A stretch of 64,000 nucleotides of DNA from Auanema rhodensis (lineage: Eukaryota; Animalia; Nematoda), in NCBI GenBank assembly GCA_964057225.1, contig OZ059896.1, forward strand, positions 8,494,001-8,558,000, written 5' to 3'. Below the pieces are notes generated by a model that had not been told where the DNA came from, ran no database searches, and saw only the letters and a program-made list of their open reading frames with translations. This document shows positions 40,351 to 55,283 of this stretch, piece by piece. The position numbers were made by a program, and so were the translations under genes. How positions within the stretch are numbered: the first letter of the stretch is position 1; the number at the start of each line of letters is the position of its first letter.

Positions 40351-43300
40351 TTACATGTTACTAACAAGACGATATTTCTCATCCAGAGTCATGTTCAGGC
40401 CACGACGATCCTTCTTTGGTCTGAGACGTTCACGAGCTTCTCTAGCAGACAAGTGGAAGATGTCGTTATCATCAGTAGAGGGTGAACCTGGAACAAAGAT
40501 TATAAAACTAATAACCATATAATATACTAGCCTCTATGATGGTGGTGGTTGTAAGAAATGGGTTGATGAGTTTGCGACATAGTATCGCTATGGTTATCAT
40601 ATGTCTTCGTAATGTAAGGATCATACTAAATATTAAATATTAGGTGGTATATTGTATTAGCATATTAGTAACCAAACTTTTAAGAAGCCAACACAAAACT
40701 CAAGACATAATATAGAACTTAAAAAGTGTTAGAAACATACATTAGGCACATCAACAGCACTTTCACGACCCAATGAAACCCTGTCGAAGCTATGCTCGGA
40801 TGGAGCTCTAGAGTGCCCGTGGTGTTCGACAATAGAAGACTGTGTTTCTGTTCTTTCGGTACGAGAAAGATCAGGCGAAGTGACAACATGGTTAGTAGCG
40901 TCCAAGCCAGGTACAGCACTGAATATGGCATCCAAAAGAGCATCGTCTGAGGTGGGCCCTCCAGATATTATAGAGACAGTACGATCATACGTAACTCCTC
41001 GAGGTTCATATTGATGAACGGGTTCCTCTACTTCAATAGTAGAAAGAACTGGATGTTCTTCATGCTACAACCAAATCATATATAAATTAAAAAAAGCATT
41101 AGCAAAATAATCTATAAGCTTGCGCGGCACAAAATAGCGACATTTAACTAACCTTAATTGGAGAATCATGAATTTCTTCATCGCTAATCTGGATACTCTG
41201 AAAAAAATATATAAGAAATCAGATATTAAGACTATTCCATACATGAGGGCTGAGTTGTTTAGCAAAGCCGTTTACAGAGTAGTCAAATGAAAAAGGTTCG
41301 TTGTGTTCTTTATACCAATTATCGACTTCTTCAGAAACAACCAGCAAACTTGTTGAAAGTGGAGTCTTTTTTATGAGTTCGACAACATTCTAAAGCAACC
41401 ATTAGATCAACCATAGAGATCGATTAAACCTTATGTGTAGTGTGTGGATATATCAATGCTCCGTTAACTCCTACAATTCTCTGCCCCTTGCGAAGCCCAG
41501 CTTTGTCACCGATACCTCCTTGATCGACTGCTCCAATATAGTGGCCACGCTCTTTTTCGGCATGAAGATTGAATCCAAATTCATCGGAGGCTGAATTTTT
41601 GTCCTAAAATAGCAAAGTTCTGATTCATTGTGTTTGTAAAACGATTTTAATGTATTATAGTATGTAATCAAAGATGTGTACAAAGACATAAAACACAAAC
41701 CAGACGGCAGAGCAAAGGATACGGCTTGTCCATGTTGGAGTTATTGTCGTGAGTGGGAGGTGGAGGAGGCACGAATACAGGCTCAGAACTCTGAAGATAT
41801 TTTTTTACACATCCGGGAGATTCTCTCATCAATTGTAATCAAATCTGATCGAAATGAAATGAATACGAACTACTAATCTAACATGAGTAGTCGTATAACC
41901 TTTTAATGACTGATAGACCTACATTCTTAGAACACTAATGAAGCAACACATTTTCAAATATATAGAAAAAGATCCAATTGTATGACAGTTGGAAACATAA
42001 TCTAATAGCAGTGAAAGTTGAGTTTCAAATTTTTGATGTATACGAACAATATAATAAATACGATTTCAATCAACTGGTTCGGATTTTAATAATATATCCG
42101 AGCGTAAACTGAATCAATATCGCAAATTTGGAAAGTATGCTATAGACATGCAAAATAATAAGAAAATGAAAGATCGAAAATATTATCAGGAACCGTTGTT
42201 TTACAAGCATCAATACAGTAAAGATAATACACGTAGAGCTCGAATGTGTGCTATTGCGGGAGCTGGTAACAAAAGAGACTTAAGGGGATGAAGCTTTCAC
42301 ACCCGTGTTCGCATAGACTTACGTTAGAGACAGTTGAGTAATCAAACAAAAGCTATATTTGCATATAAACAGTTCCCCTCTCAATAACCTAATGGTAGAT
42401 ATATACGCGCGTCATAAAACTCCTATTCCTATAACATTAGGACGAAGCTAAAATTAGGGATTACCAGAAAGATGAGGCATGAAGGTTTATGTGTACCGTG
42501 TATTGAGGTGTACAAACTGATAAGACCTCTCACTTCGCATTCACAATAAAACAACAAAAATACTAATACTTACCTTCTGTGTACTATCTCTGGGGATAAT
42601 TTGAATCATTTGCTTATCGATGTTTTTTCTAGCATCATCATTCATAAGTTTCAGAAGAATGACAGAAAATAAAATAATAGCCAGAAGGAAAAGCATCTTT
42701 TACAAGTTTATAAAGACTATGTCTTCCTCATTCAAGCTTATATGCCAAGGAATAACTCAAACAATGACTAGGCGGAATGGATCAAAACTCTAAGGATGTT
42801 TAAACAAAATAGCTTTTATAACTTTCCTAAGGTGGATATGACGAAAAAGAATGACACACAGTCGCGGAGTAATCATATTTTTGACGGGTTTGGGGCATGT
42901 GCGGATCAAGACTCAAAGCGGTCAAAGGATAACCCAATGAGCAACTATATGCGTCATGCAGATGAATAACTATCAAAGCAGAAAACACAAAACGGCTTTT
43001 GAAATTAGCGTTATAAGACAAACACTTACTTGGTGTCCAGGGTAATAACTATTATTGTTGCTTGTAGAATTGGTTACGGAACGACTATTGGTCTGAAAAA
43101 TTAATAAAAACTATAAATTCAGACAATAGCTGAACCTTATCAACTCTAATAATATTCGGAAGAGAAAGCGTGACCGGAATGTCACGGTCACTATAGTACT
43201 TGCAGCCTTCTTCATCAAGAACAAGCATTTCGCAATGGGTTTGATGTTCTTTAATACGTTGGACTACCTCCAAATAGTTCAGATTAAAATGTCACGAAAT

Positions 43301-43577
43301 TTAACCTATTACTTTTTTATGATTTTCTCCTATTATGCTGTGTCCATTAACAGCAAATATTCTATCACCACTTCGAAGCCCACCGACATCAGCAGGAGAG
43401 TCCTTATCAACTAATCCAACAAATTGTCCACGTCCTTTCTCAGCATGCAAGTTGTACCCATATTCCTAAAACACAGAAACAAAGTTATAATTTTTTTTAA
43501 AGTAGCACCTCAGTTGGTGAAGATTTAGTTATGTAGCAGAGTCTTGGAGCTGGGGCATCGTCTGGTAGCTGACCCAT
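40351..43577 (-). CDS. nrfl-1: NHERF-family two-PDZ scaffold NRFL-1
   Basis: PDZ1 PRLC..EEYGYNLHAEKGRGQFVGLVDKDSPA; PDZ2 DEFGFNLHAEKERGHYIGAVDQGGIG; ERM-binding tail MTLDEKYRLVSNM*. Confidence 0.92.
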
Positions 43578-46529
43578 TTTTGGTTGAATACTGAAATAAA
43601 GAAAAGAATGATACGTATTAAAAAGAAAAGTGGAAAACTTGAAATCTCGACAAAAGCATTGAACCAAACCAAAGATGATTAATCATCTCACGATAAAAAG
43701 GCACTTCATAAACAGATTGCACGCTTGGGCGCAATGGACTATTTATTACAAGCTATGATAAAAGTTTTGAAACCATGCGCTACCGTGTGAAAATAGTATT
43801 TTGTTTAAAAGTAATGATCGGAGAAATCAATGAAAAAACTGCAATAACATAGAAAGGATGAGTAGCAAAGGATAAATATTCTAAATGGCAGAGATGAGCG
43901 ATCAATTCAAGCAGATTGAACAAACAGAATAGCGTGAGATATAATGGGTGAATGTCGACAGTAATACTCCAACACAAAATAAATTATGTAAAACCGTTGG
44001 GAATAGTGCCTCCATACGATAATACCAATAAATTCAAGCTCATAGTCGAATTGAAACAAGTAATTTGAATAGGAACCTTGCTCTAAAATTCCATACATAC
44101 AACTTTTTTTCTCTAAGAGAGAACAAACACATTGAAGAACCGATTTGCCCTACCACTTCAAAGTACTCCTATAGGGACGTGGATATCTCTATCGAAAACG
44201 TTAAAGCCATTCAACAAAATAAATGAAAGTTTCCTGCCATTTGTAACTATACAACTTGACAGGTTTGAAAGATTAGCATAAGCATCTAACAGCTTACGTA
44301 CGTAACTCACAAAAATGATGAACAAGAGTAGTCGATATTGTAGTATTACTATATGAATTTAAAACTAACATGGCTACATAAACATATAATTTGAAATAAA
44401 TCCAAAAAAAAAACAAAATAAATCCGTATGTATATAACGTATGAGTTCGACGCAATATAGTGTCAATTATTGATAACGTATGTAGTTGATAACAGATTGG
44501 TTATATAGTATGAAAGATTAAGTGCAATCAGTTTTAATATGAAATAAGACCTGACATTTTGAACTAAAGATTGCTAAATAATTACTGATTTTGGAAAGAC
44601 ACCAAATAGACTGTTAGTCCTTTATTTGGTGATGGTTGGAAACACGAGAATTGGACTCATATTGAATTTCTTTAGTAATAGCGTTAAAAAAAATGAAAAG
44701 ATTGGTAAGAAAAAAAAGAAAAGTGTTGAGCAGTTCAATGCTCGTAATTACAAGCATTCAAAAAAAGGAAGTCATCTTATAAAATGCAAACGTGAACACA
44801 AATCTTAAGAAATTCATCGCATTCTCAGCTAAACTCTCAAAACCCGAAACATGCAATGAACAACCATTTCACCATAGCCAGAAACATAGAACAATCCAAT
44901 GAGTAAACGTTTAAACAAAACAAATAAGCACGGACAGGTCATCAGAGGTCACCAACGATACAGGCTTTGTAATTATAATACAAGATCGAGAAAGTTTCTG
45001 TTTCGTTCTCGATCAAGTAAAATAAGTTCCACAAATAAATCACAAATCTACTGAATTAGTATCATACAACCCCAAACTGAATGCATAATTAAATAGCCGT
45101 ATGTACGATTAGAAAAACTCCAAATATTATACAGGCATTGGAACAAAATGAAGCAAACAGGTGCCACTCAATGAGAAAAACCACTTTTTAACGAACTTCA
45201 GAATTCTTCTTCATAGTATAGATAATTGAAATAGAGATTGAAAACAATAAGAAAACACGTGAAATAGAAAAATATGTGATATAGGTGGTACTATATCGAT
45301 TCGAATATATTCAGTCAATACTAAGTAAAAAATTTACAACCCTTCATGGTGAAAAGTGACATAGCATAACTATCAATATTTATCAGACTGTCAACAATCG
45401 ACCTACGACTAAGCTGGTACAAAAAGATGAGCGAATAGGGTATGTTGGCCTAATCTGGTTGTTAGCCACAGGTTGTAGCGCATAAGCGAAAACCGGTCGA
45501 TGACATAATCTTGTTAAAAAGAAAAGTTTAAATTTGAGAAAGAAGTTGCGAAGAATATGTTCTTCTTGTAATATATGATGTTATATAAGCTGGGGCAATA
45601 CCATGAGATAACGAATAATGGTCTATAGATAACCACACTACAAAAAAAATAAAAGTATAGAATCTGAAGATATTTGAATAAAAATTAACTTTTTAAGATT
45701 CGGGTGAATAACTCTTGAAATCTTTTCTTGTGAGATTTTTATGTTGAATGACTAGTTTATAAAAGAACGGGCAATTATATAAGGCGATGTATATACACTC
45801 AAGGATACAAAATGAACGAACAGCGGAATTTATGAATTAAAATTCTATGAATTGAAAAAAACCTCTTTAAGAAGCTCCTCAATACAAAACCCTGGCGTTC
45901 CTTTCTTTTTATTCACTATTAGTTTTGTCGCCCCCCCCCCCACACTTTGTTATCAGACATATCTAATGAATCCATAGTTTTAGTTAGAATGCCCACAGCA
46001 AGAATTCCGATCAAAGGTAACACTTTTGCAGATATGATATATGTTAAATAACTGCATGGGATTAAAAAACGAGAAGATGAGATTATTACTTTTGTAATTC
46101 AAATAGGTCATAACAGTTCTTGTAAAAAAATAATCATCGATATTACATATATAATTTCAATCAAGCAAATATTATTAACATTTTCATCGGTTACAAAAAG
46201 CAAAACAAATGCGTGCAAATATAGTCATGACACATGAGATCACCTAATACATTTTTGCATTGTGCACAAGTACTTGCTCGTTCATAATACTGTTGCTATA
46301 AAACAGCAATACGTAGTCAGTAACATAAATTCACTACATAAAAATTCTATCTTCATAGGATAAGATTACCAGTTAAGAAACTTTGCGAGAATTACCAGTA
46401 TGACTAAAATGCAAGTAAATGGAATAACTAGTTGCAAAAGAAATAATCACAAGAATAATTAAATCTAATACCAATATCTACAATAACCATATCATGCTGA
46501 TAAGGCTTAATATGGAAGGAAACATGCAG

Positions 46530-49209
46530 TTATTCTTCAGCTGAACTAGTCGAGTCGCAAATCTAAAACCAATCAAATAAGAAAAAAAATAATGAGTAAT
46601 AGTTACCCTTCGACTTTTCTGCCTTATGGATTTGCGAGTTGTCTGCTTAGAATTATCTTCAAGATCAAGACACTCACTTGATTGGGAAGGAGAATCTAGT
46701 AAGTTCCAGTTAATTCTAGGAATTGGCCTTACTTTCCCGAATCGCACTCTTTCCCGAAGTGGAACTCTTTCAGGTACCACACGATAACATCTAAGTTAAT
46801 ATTTTAAACTCTATAGGAGTGCTTAAAACTTACTTATATAAACGACATCGCTCATTGTCCAATTCATCTTCATCAAAAGTGTCACCAAACAAATCACGAG
46901 TTGGAGACCAATCGCCTGAAGCCAATTCCCTGAATTTTATATTATAATATATATCAACAATCTAGATTTTTTACCTTGCCGCTTGTCGTGAGATAGCACC
47001 ACAGTGATGGACTACATAATCTCCAGCTGGTACTTCCGGTGATGTTCTTCTAGAAGGAACTAGTTACTGATTTATTAGTAAGAAAAAACTTACAACTCCA
47101 TTTGGTCAGATACTGAATTTTCGGGACTACAGCTTTGATCATCTGATGATGATCGAGTGTCATCATCAAATAAGCACCTCGATCTTTGTCGGGCTTGAGA
47201 ATACGGAGATAAACCATATCTGTTTCGAACAGGGTAAGCACTTTTGGTTTGTCTTTCCTCAAAATCCGGTTGCAAATCTAAACTTTTACAATTATTAATT
47301 TCATTAGTAAAAAAGGCTGAACCATAATTATTGAAACTCCAGTCGGCATTGTCTTGGGTGCTATCGAGATCGAAATCCATTTTTTCTGGGGAAAGACCAT
47401 TCTGAAAAAAAAACGTTAAATACAAAAATCGAAAATAGTGCTAACCAGGTCTCCGGCGAATAAAGAACTTCTTCTACAAACTTCATTTTTCTCTCGCTTG
47501 AGGGCTTCAAATAGCATAGCACCCCACGTTTTTAACAAGCTACAGAACGCAGCAAACCATAACCACAGCACATGAATACAGTTTAGAGTCGAGGATTTCT
47601 GGAATGGCCAGAATAGAGTCAAATAAAGAGACCCATCAAACGAGAAGAAAGCTTGTGATATTCTGCCATTCTCCCCCCACCCCCCTTCCCCATGCCCAAT
47701 AATACTCTACTCCCACATAACGCTTTTTAGATTTATGAAAATACTCACCGCATTTATCATCCTTAATTGCATTTTCCTCTCTCGCATTCGACAAGATACA
47801 GCATCATCATTGACAAGCTGGGTTGTTGTGGGACGTTCCACAGGATTGGGTGATAACATTAAGAGTATCAACCTCTTCATTTCACTGGGTACACCTAGAG
47901 AACATTATCATTATTAAATTAAATTTTTTCACAAGCACCTCTTAGATATCGTTCTGGTATGTCGCCACCCCGGAGTTCATGCCATTCAGCTCCTTGGGAA
48001 GGCAAATGAATTCCAGTAGCAACCTGCACATTTAAAAATTAGCAAAAACTATTTCGCAAAATCTACTTACTTGGAGTATCGTTATTCCTAAACTAAATAT
48101 ATCAGCCGCTTTGGTGGGGGCACTATTTAAAACTTCGGGAGCGAGATACTTACTGTCACCTTCTTCGGCAGTATTCATCTGGTCCTAAAGAAATAGGCAA
48201 AATAAAATTTAAAAAATGAATAGCCAAACCCTCATTAGATCAAACATCAATCCAAAATCTCCTAACTTGCAAACATTTTCTTCGGTTAATAGTACATTAT
48301 CTGGTTTAATATCCAGATGTATAAGGTTACTGCTGTGTAAGTGGTCAAGAGCCTAAGGTGAAATACAATTAAAAATAAGAAGGAATTAAAACGTACACTT
48401 AATAAATCCATAAAACAATTCCATACAACATCAATAGGGGTTTTTCCTTCACAAAAAGTAGACAGGTTAGTTTTGCAAAGTTCTGTTTGCATATACAGTC
48501 TCCCTCTAAACGTCAAGATTAATGTTCATTTTCTTTTTGATATACTTACTTTTCTTCCCATGCACGATAAAATCGTAATAGATTAGGATGAGGATGTAAC
48601 ATTTCATGTTTTTCCACTTCCCTTATCCTAAGCAGACGGTCCGAATTATTTCGGAAAGTTTCGATGGCGCACTTTACTGCATATCGTTTGCCATCCTCTT
48701 TAGAGTAGACTCCATAAACCTTAATTTTTCTTCTTAAATTTAAAGGTTAAAAAAAGGTACCTCTCCAAAAGATCCGGAACCCAACATAGTTTCTGTTGCA
48801 AAACATTGATCAAAATAAGAAGCATTCTTTTTGCTATCATAGCAAGGACTACTCATGGGACCTAAAGTTCTTATCATAAGATTTAAGACCACAAAAGAAA
48901 CAATTACATCCATTAGTTTCAGGTTGTTTAAATGATATCCTAGTAGGTCTTTGAGCGCAAAATCGCCTAGAACTATACCTAACAATAGCGGGAGCTGTTC
49001 TTGCTACCCGAGAAGCAGAAAAATTTAGTCTCGAAGGAGTACCTCTCGCCTATACACGAATGGTAAAAATTATATGAAAAACTACAAAAAACCTTTCTAG
49101 TTGACAAAGGTGAATCAAAATTCAACATAACAGATTTACGTGGAGAAGGTGATCGAAGCATCACATCTTCGTCCAAGCACGAAGACTTATGCGAAGGCGT
49201 TAACGTCAT
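46530..49209 (-). CDS. wee-1.3: Myt1/Wee1-family membrane-associated kinase WEE-1.3
   Basis: [72 protein letters not shown], and a hydrophobic membrane segment after the kinase domain. Confidence 0.88.
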
Positions 49210-49356
49210 GAGTATGACCGCCTCGAAATTCAAAACTGAAAAAATGAAAGATTTTTAAAAATACTGTTAATTTAATTTAATTTTCAGAATATATTAATAA
49301 ATATAATCAATAATGTATAAAAAATATAGCGTTCATAAATATTCGGTGAAACTGCA

Positions 49357-49404
49357 TTTGAACGCTAGTATTTGGCGCGCAAACATTTTTGCGGCAGTTT
49401 CGAA
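49357..49404. promoter_or_regulatory. Candidate E2F/DREAM element (TTTGGCGCGCAAA, 49371-49383) flanked by CHR-like TTTGAA (49357) and TTTCGAA (49398), upstream of wee-1.3
   Basis: Near-palindromic E2F consensus about 135 nt upstream of the wee-1.3 trans-splice-like acceptor (~49236), in an otherwise AT-rich region. Confidence 0.5.
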
Positions 49405-49734
49405 TAGCCGTCCCAATAGCAAAGCGCGTATTAGAGCAGAACTGCCTAACTGTTCCATATGTTAATCTATGTGCCCTTTATATGTCTTATCTTATATGAT
49501 AGCCATATCAAATTTGCTTTATTTCGGTTGTGCAAACAAATGTTGATTAGCCAAATCTTATAACAAAGCTTGTGAAAAATTTGAAACATAAGATTTTAAC
49601 GAAATAAGAATAATTTACATTTTGAAAAACCGGTTAGAATTCGACTACAATATTTAATTCAACACGTTTTTAACGTTTATGAATATACTTCAAAGAAGTT
49701 TCTATTTATATACAGACAAGAGGACCATAGAAAA

Positions 49735-52700
49735 TCATGAATCCTCCGAAATAAAGAGCTCTTCAACTCTATATGATTTGTTATGTCTTTTCTCCCTGAA
49801 GCGAGCAACATCCTTTCTTGTTATCATTCCTCGTAACTGAAATGGTATAATTTTTAAGATTGACAAAATAAAAATGTACTCTGTTTTCATCATTCACAAC
49901 AGCAATATATCGTAGACCAAGACCCCTGAACAGTCTGAAGATAAATGGCAAAGAAGCATTTAAAGGAACGCGATGAGGATGAGGGTGCATGTATCTTCTA
50001 AAATACATCCAAGAGCTCAAATCTCTCTCTGGGATTTGTAAATGATGGACGTCACCCCTAAACATAAATTATTTTCGATAGTTGAAAAAATAGTACTCTT
50101 CGAGTGTTAGATCAATTGTGCGTGCATCGTCTGGCGTACTATAGTCATCATAGTAAATCTTAAAAGAAAAGATGTATGAAAATAATGTGTACAAGTATAC
50201 CTTATTTTTCAGCAAAGAAATCAGATGTGATCGTAGTATGATACCTTTCAGATGTCCATAGTTCGGAAGATCCGTGTTAGTTCTGTCGGTGCATTCATCA
50301 ATCCTATCAACAATAGGAAATCCATGATGACTTGTTGATCGTAATATATCTAAAACTCGAGAAACTCTTTCTCTCTCCTCCAAAGCAATGACATCGGACC
50401 TCATCACCTTTCTGACAAAAGAGTGAATTGACAACAAAGTAAAAAAAATTAAATTTACTCAGCAAGAATATTTCTGCTCATTTTAGGAGGATTCCATCCT
50501 AGCAGAGGTATTTCTTGGATATTAATAATAGCATCATACAATCCTTCATTGAAAAAATCTCCAATCCACTTGGTAGTCATTAAAACAAGCATTATAGGTA
50601 ATCCAAAAGTAATATCCTACAAAAAATTTTTTTAAAAAGTAGCATTCATCTTTTATACCTTAGTGGCTTCCATTAAAATAGCAGTGAGTGATATAGTCAT
50701 GCGAACCAATCCTCCAAGCTGGGCAGCTGCACCAGCCAATGCATATTTTCCGGGATCAATGCCTGTCTGAAATATGAATTACACATAACTTTTTTTTAGA
50801 ATATAGAGTACAATATTTGGGAAAAGTCTTCCAACTCCAATACCAAATAACCGTCCCCAAGCTGCTCCTGTTAATAAAGCAGGGATAAATACTCCTGATG
50901 GTACAGAAATTCCAAAAGTCCAGAGAGTTAAGAAAAAATACTGGATTGAAAAAATGATAAGCGTTGAAGGAAGATAAGAATCTTAAAAACACTTATATAA
51001 AAATAGTTAAGATTTAACTTACTAATAGGACTATGGAATAAGCTTTTCACGTTATCTTCCGGATTTGCGAAAAAAAGATTAGCTACAGCAGAGTATTCGC
51101 CTTTTTTACACCACATCTATGTAAAAATTAGTATTTCGTAACAATACAACTCAATTACCTGATTAACAGATGTGACATTAGGATTAACTCCTACTGCTTT
51201 ACAGTCATCTACTAAAAAAAGAGTTACAAATCCAGTGAAAGCTGAAACAGCAGCAACCAGCAAGCACTCCAAGAACCTTTGAAACTTGTTAGAAACATAT
51301 CTGAATAAGAGCTTGAAAAAGAGATAGCTCAATTATATATTTTACTTTTTACGAAAAACAGCCATCTTAGAGTTTAAGTGATTGAATAAAGCTCCCGTAA
51401 GACCACCAATGACACCAATAAGTAAAAAAAAAGGAATTTCCCAAATATTGTATGTTTTGTTCTAAAACATTTGTAAAATACAACTTTATAATCAATGATT
51501 AACCTCAAATACACCAAAATTAGCCAAACCTGACCAAGATAGCCACCCACTTTTACCATTGAACCAGCTTAAAACACAATTCAGGGTGAACGATGAGACC
51601 ATAGCAGTAAAAAACTAAAAATAATTTGTATTTATAAAACAATATACGCTCTTACCAAACGCCAGGTTAGATTTTGATTCCAAAAACTCGAGCCCTCCTC
51701 CAAAGCAAACAGAACACCCCCTATAGGAGCACCAAAAGCAGCAGAAACTCCGGCAGCCGCACCAGCAGCTACGAAATCTCGTTTAATTCTTTAAACGCTG
51801 TATTAAAAACATTTAAAAACTGCAGAGCATACCTATCATTGCGAAAAACTTTAAATAAACCAGTAGAAAACCCCAGAAATTGCCCTTCAGATAAAGTGGA
51901 TCCAACTACCGCTCCAGAGTGGATCATTGGACCTTCCTATATTTCTATGTTTATTTGAAACTTGCTAAAGATTATATATTACTTTTCCAGCACATAACCC
52001 ACCAGCAACAGAACAGGCTACACCAACAGCTTTCGCGAAAAGAGTTTTTATTTTTACGACATCAGGAATAATAACTCCGTTTAGATAGCATTTAACCTGA
52101 GGAATTCCGGACCCTGCTGCTACAGGCGATACATATATGACATGAAAAGGTAAAATCAAACACTGGAATAAATGAGAAACGTACTAAAAATGCAGCGATG
52201 GCGACTAAAATACAGTTATAAGAAATCCATCCACCTAGAACCATCCACATACAACTCTCTCCAGTAGGTTCGTACTGCTGATCACATTTTGACATTACTG
52301 CAAAACCAAGCAATAAGTATGATTAGTAGAAAATTGCTAACAGTTTTTCAAAATTACTCCAAACTTGATTTCTTTACTGTAATGAATTAAAATGTCTATA
52401 GATGAGGCCACTAAAGCCGTTGCTACTCCAATAATGAAGCATACAAACCATCGATTTCGAGCTTGTGTGAACAAAGACAACTGGAATAAAATTAAAGCAT
52501 AAGAACATAAAACTAAAATATACAACAGTTTAGCAATAAACCAACTTGATGCTTAGCGTTGAGTTCCTCTTCGCGGTAGATATCATTTTCACATATTTCA
52601 TAATTCAAACTCTCAAATTTTGATGATAGAGTTGAGTGATCATCATCGGGTTGCGAGATTCTTCGAGTTCGGTTAAAATATTCTTGTTCCTCCTGATTAA

Positions 52701-52925
52701 AAACTATTCGGAATAATCAGTTATAAGGAAAACATACTTGTTGTCGACGTCTTGACAGTTCGCTCACATTCGATAGAGATGCCACTCTTTCTAAACCTGA
52801 TGCAGGATCTTCATTGGGGTCAAGGCTTAGAACATAATATTACATATTTTCAAAGCTGAATATTCAACGATATACCTGCTACTCGAAAAGGTGCGGTGCC
52901 TTCTCCCCTGATATCTCACATCCAT
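49735..52925 (-). CDS. clh-6: CLC-6/7-type lysosomal Cl-/H+ exchanger
   Basis: [64 protein letters not shown], and two CBS domains (HHGFP; LFRGLGLR). Confidence 0.93.
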
Positions 52926-53519
52926 TCAGGTAGTCTGGAATGAATTAGTACATCATACACTTCAAAATAAGATAATTCAGTGTTCAATATTTAGATTACA
53001 CATGGAAGAATCAGCATTTGGAAAGGGATTGCTATTTTTAGAAAGTTTAATTATAAGAAAAACACAAGACAGTATGAAAATTGGTTGTGTGTATTCATGG
53101 TTTAATATTGCGTACTACTTTCACCAAACAGCGGAACAGACGCTGATATGTCGTGCGATATCAATATAATTGAAAGAAAATATGATTATCTCTACAGACT
53201 TTATTGCTTATTCATGCTTATGATTTATTAGCATTGAAATTCAAAAAGTACGTTCAAAAGTATTTCTTTTGAAATGAAATCTAACTAGAACTTAAAATAT
53301 TGCTCGAATATTATGTTAACTAAGTTTGAACAAGGTAAAAACTAAAAACTGTTTGGGATGCAATAATGAACACAGAAATCACGTGAAACGACGTGAATAT
53401 TCGATTGACAATTTTATAATACTTTACAGGAAGCATCGGTTGGTTTTGCTTCTAAGAAAAATCTCATTAAATACACAATAGATAGATAGGCGTTGAACAC
53501 TGAATATACGTATAGATAA

Positions 53520-55130
53520 ATGGAGAGGAAGCGTAGGTCCAGTACTAAATCTCAGAGTGGTCAGAAAATGAGACTAACAACTTTTGATTCAACAAATGTA
53601 GATGCTGAGGTTGGCATTTGTTTATTTCGATTACACCACTGGTCATATTCAGAGTTCTTCTGGAAGCTTATTCTATACCCCGGAACCTCGAAGTAAGAGA
53701 GGGAAAGCAAGGGAACGATATTTCGAGGTGTCTCATCTTAATTTTCGTTGTACAACATTTATACAGGATGAGAAAGCAATGGGCGCGTTTGATATTTTTT
53801 CTGATGAAGTACCCGAATTTAAAATCAGAAATTCTTTTGTAAGAAAATCATACATTTTAGTAATATAACTTAAAGTAGGGTCGATCAGGCCAAGGGTGCT
53901 CAACTCCAAAAGCTAATAACAATTTCATGTCTCTGTTGAAAGAAATTCCATTATCTGATGTTAAAAAAAATCCCAGTGCGGTATGACAACACTTCCTAAT
54001 TATTTTGAAAACGTATTCTATTTTAGGTGATAGGTATTTATCCTCCCTTGCCTATCGATGAAGTGAAAGAAAACAGTGAAATAATTTTTATAAATAATAC
54101 TTTAGATATGGTAATGTTATTTATATACTCTGAACCACGTATTACATTTAGTTCCAACCCAACCTTACCACTGATAGTACGATTCCCACTCTGAATTTAC
54201 AGGATAGAACAGTGAGTCAGTACTGTTATCAGAAAAACAAATTCTACTATTTAGAGTAATACACTAGTATCTATGAACGTATCAAATTCATCTTTTGTAC
54301 AAGAAAATCAAAAAGCAGATGTATGCAATTATTTATTTTAATTAATTTAAGCAGTTAATATATTCTTAGAAACAAATGAGAAACACAAGCAAAATATCAG
54401 GTGTGCCTAGTTATCTCAGGCCCACTATAGCTTCTGTTAATAAAGCTAATGTTGGTAATATCTCGCATCAGACATTAGATGGATCGCCTGCACAATGTCG
54501 TAGGCTCCGAAAAGGGCAAAAACATGAAGAAGATAAAGCTGAACAAGCAAGTCAACAAGTATTTTTACACGAACCATTAACTTTCCCTTCTTTCCTGAAG
54601 AATGGGAAAGAGGTGGACACTGTCGAGCTAATTGATAACGCTTCTGACTCTGTATGATATATTTTAAACTTTATAGTTATTAATATAATATGTTCTATAG
54701 GTTGCATTTAGTATTTTGGATTGCCACTCTGTTTCTAATATTTATGTCCAGGTAAAAAAACATTAGTAATTATTATTGAATAAATATTGCTTCAAGAATG
54801 CTCTGAAAATAGCACTAGAGCATAGAAAGAATCTTCTTCTTTTAGAACCTCGTGAAATAAGTTTATTAGAATATATGCTGTTATGAACTTAACAACTTAA
54901 TTTAGTTAAAACAAAAATTTCAAATCGATCCAGAGATCAGTCTGATAGAAACCGAGTTTTGCCTTTACGTCCTTGGTTTGGAGAATTTCCCATATACAAA
55001 AGGAATTCAGATGGTAATTATATTCTTAAAGATACTGATATATCCTTCTTAAGGACTCTCAACGCTGATAGGAACAACTGTCGTTCAATTGAGAGATCGT
55101 GTTTTGTTGAAGAAGTATGCTAGGAATTGA
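53520..55130 (+). CDS. hcp-4: CENP-C/HCP-4-like centromere protein, copy A
   Basis: Low-complexity, Ser/basic-rich protein ending in a CENP-C motif: SDRNRVLPLRPWFGEFPIYKRNSDGLSTLIGTTVVQLRDRVLLKKYARN*. Resembles the recalled HCP-4 RxRVxPxRxWxGExPxY...L.GV..V.I.D..L. Confidence 0.65.
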
Positions 55131-55283
55131 ATTATTTGTATATTTTTTGTTTTGAATAAATAATTGTCTTGTAGTCTTTCTTTCTTTTTGACTAATTAGC
55201 ATATGGAATGTCACGCCAACTTTAACGCAATCATTTCTGTTATCAATCATTTTATCAGCGGTTGTCGCTTTTAATTTACGAGA

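Noticed and set aside
43780-44098. Hydrophobic minus-strand ORFs upstream of nrfl-1 as a further alternative first exon
   Set aside because: Weak splice signals, no confident start and no homology; cannot be supported without transcripts.
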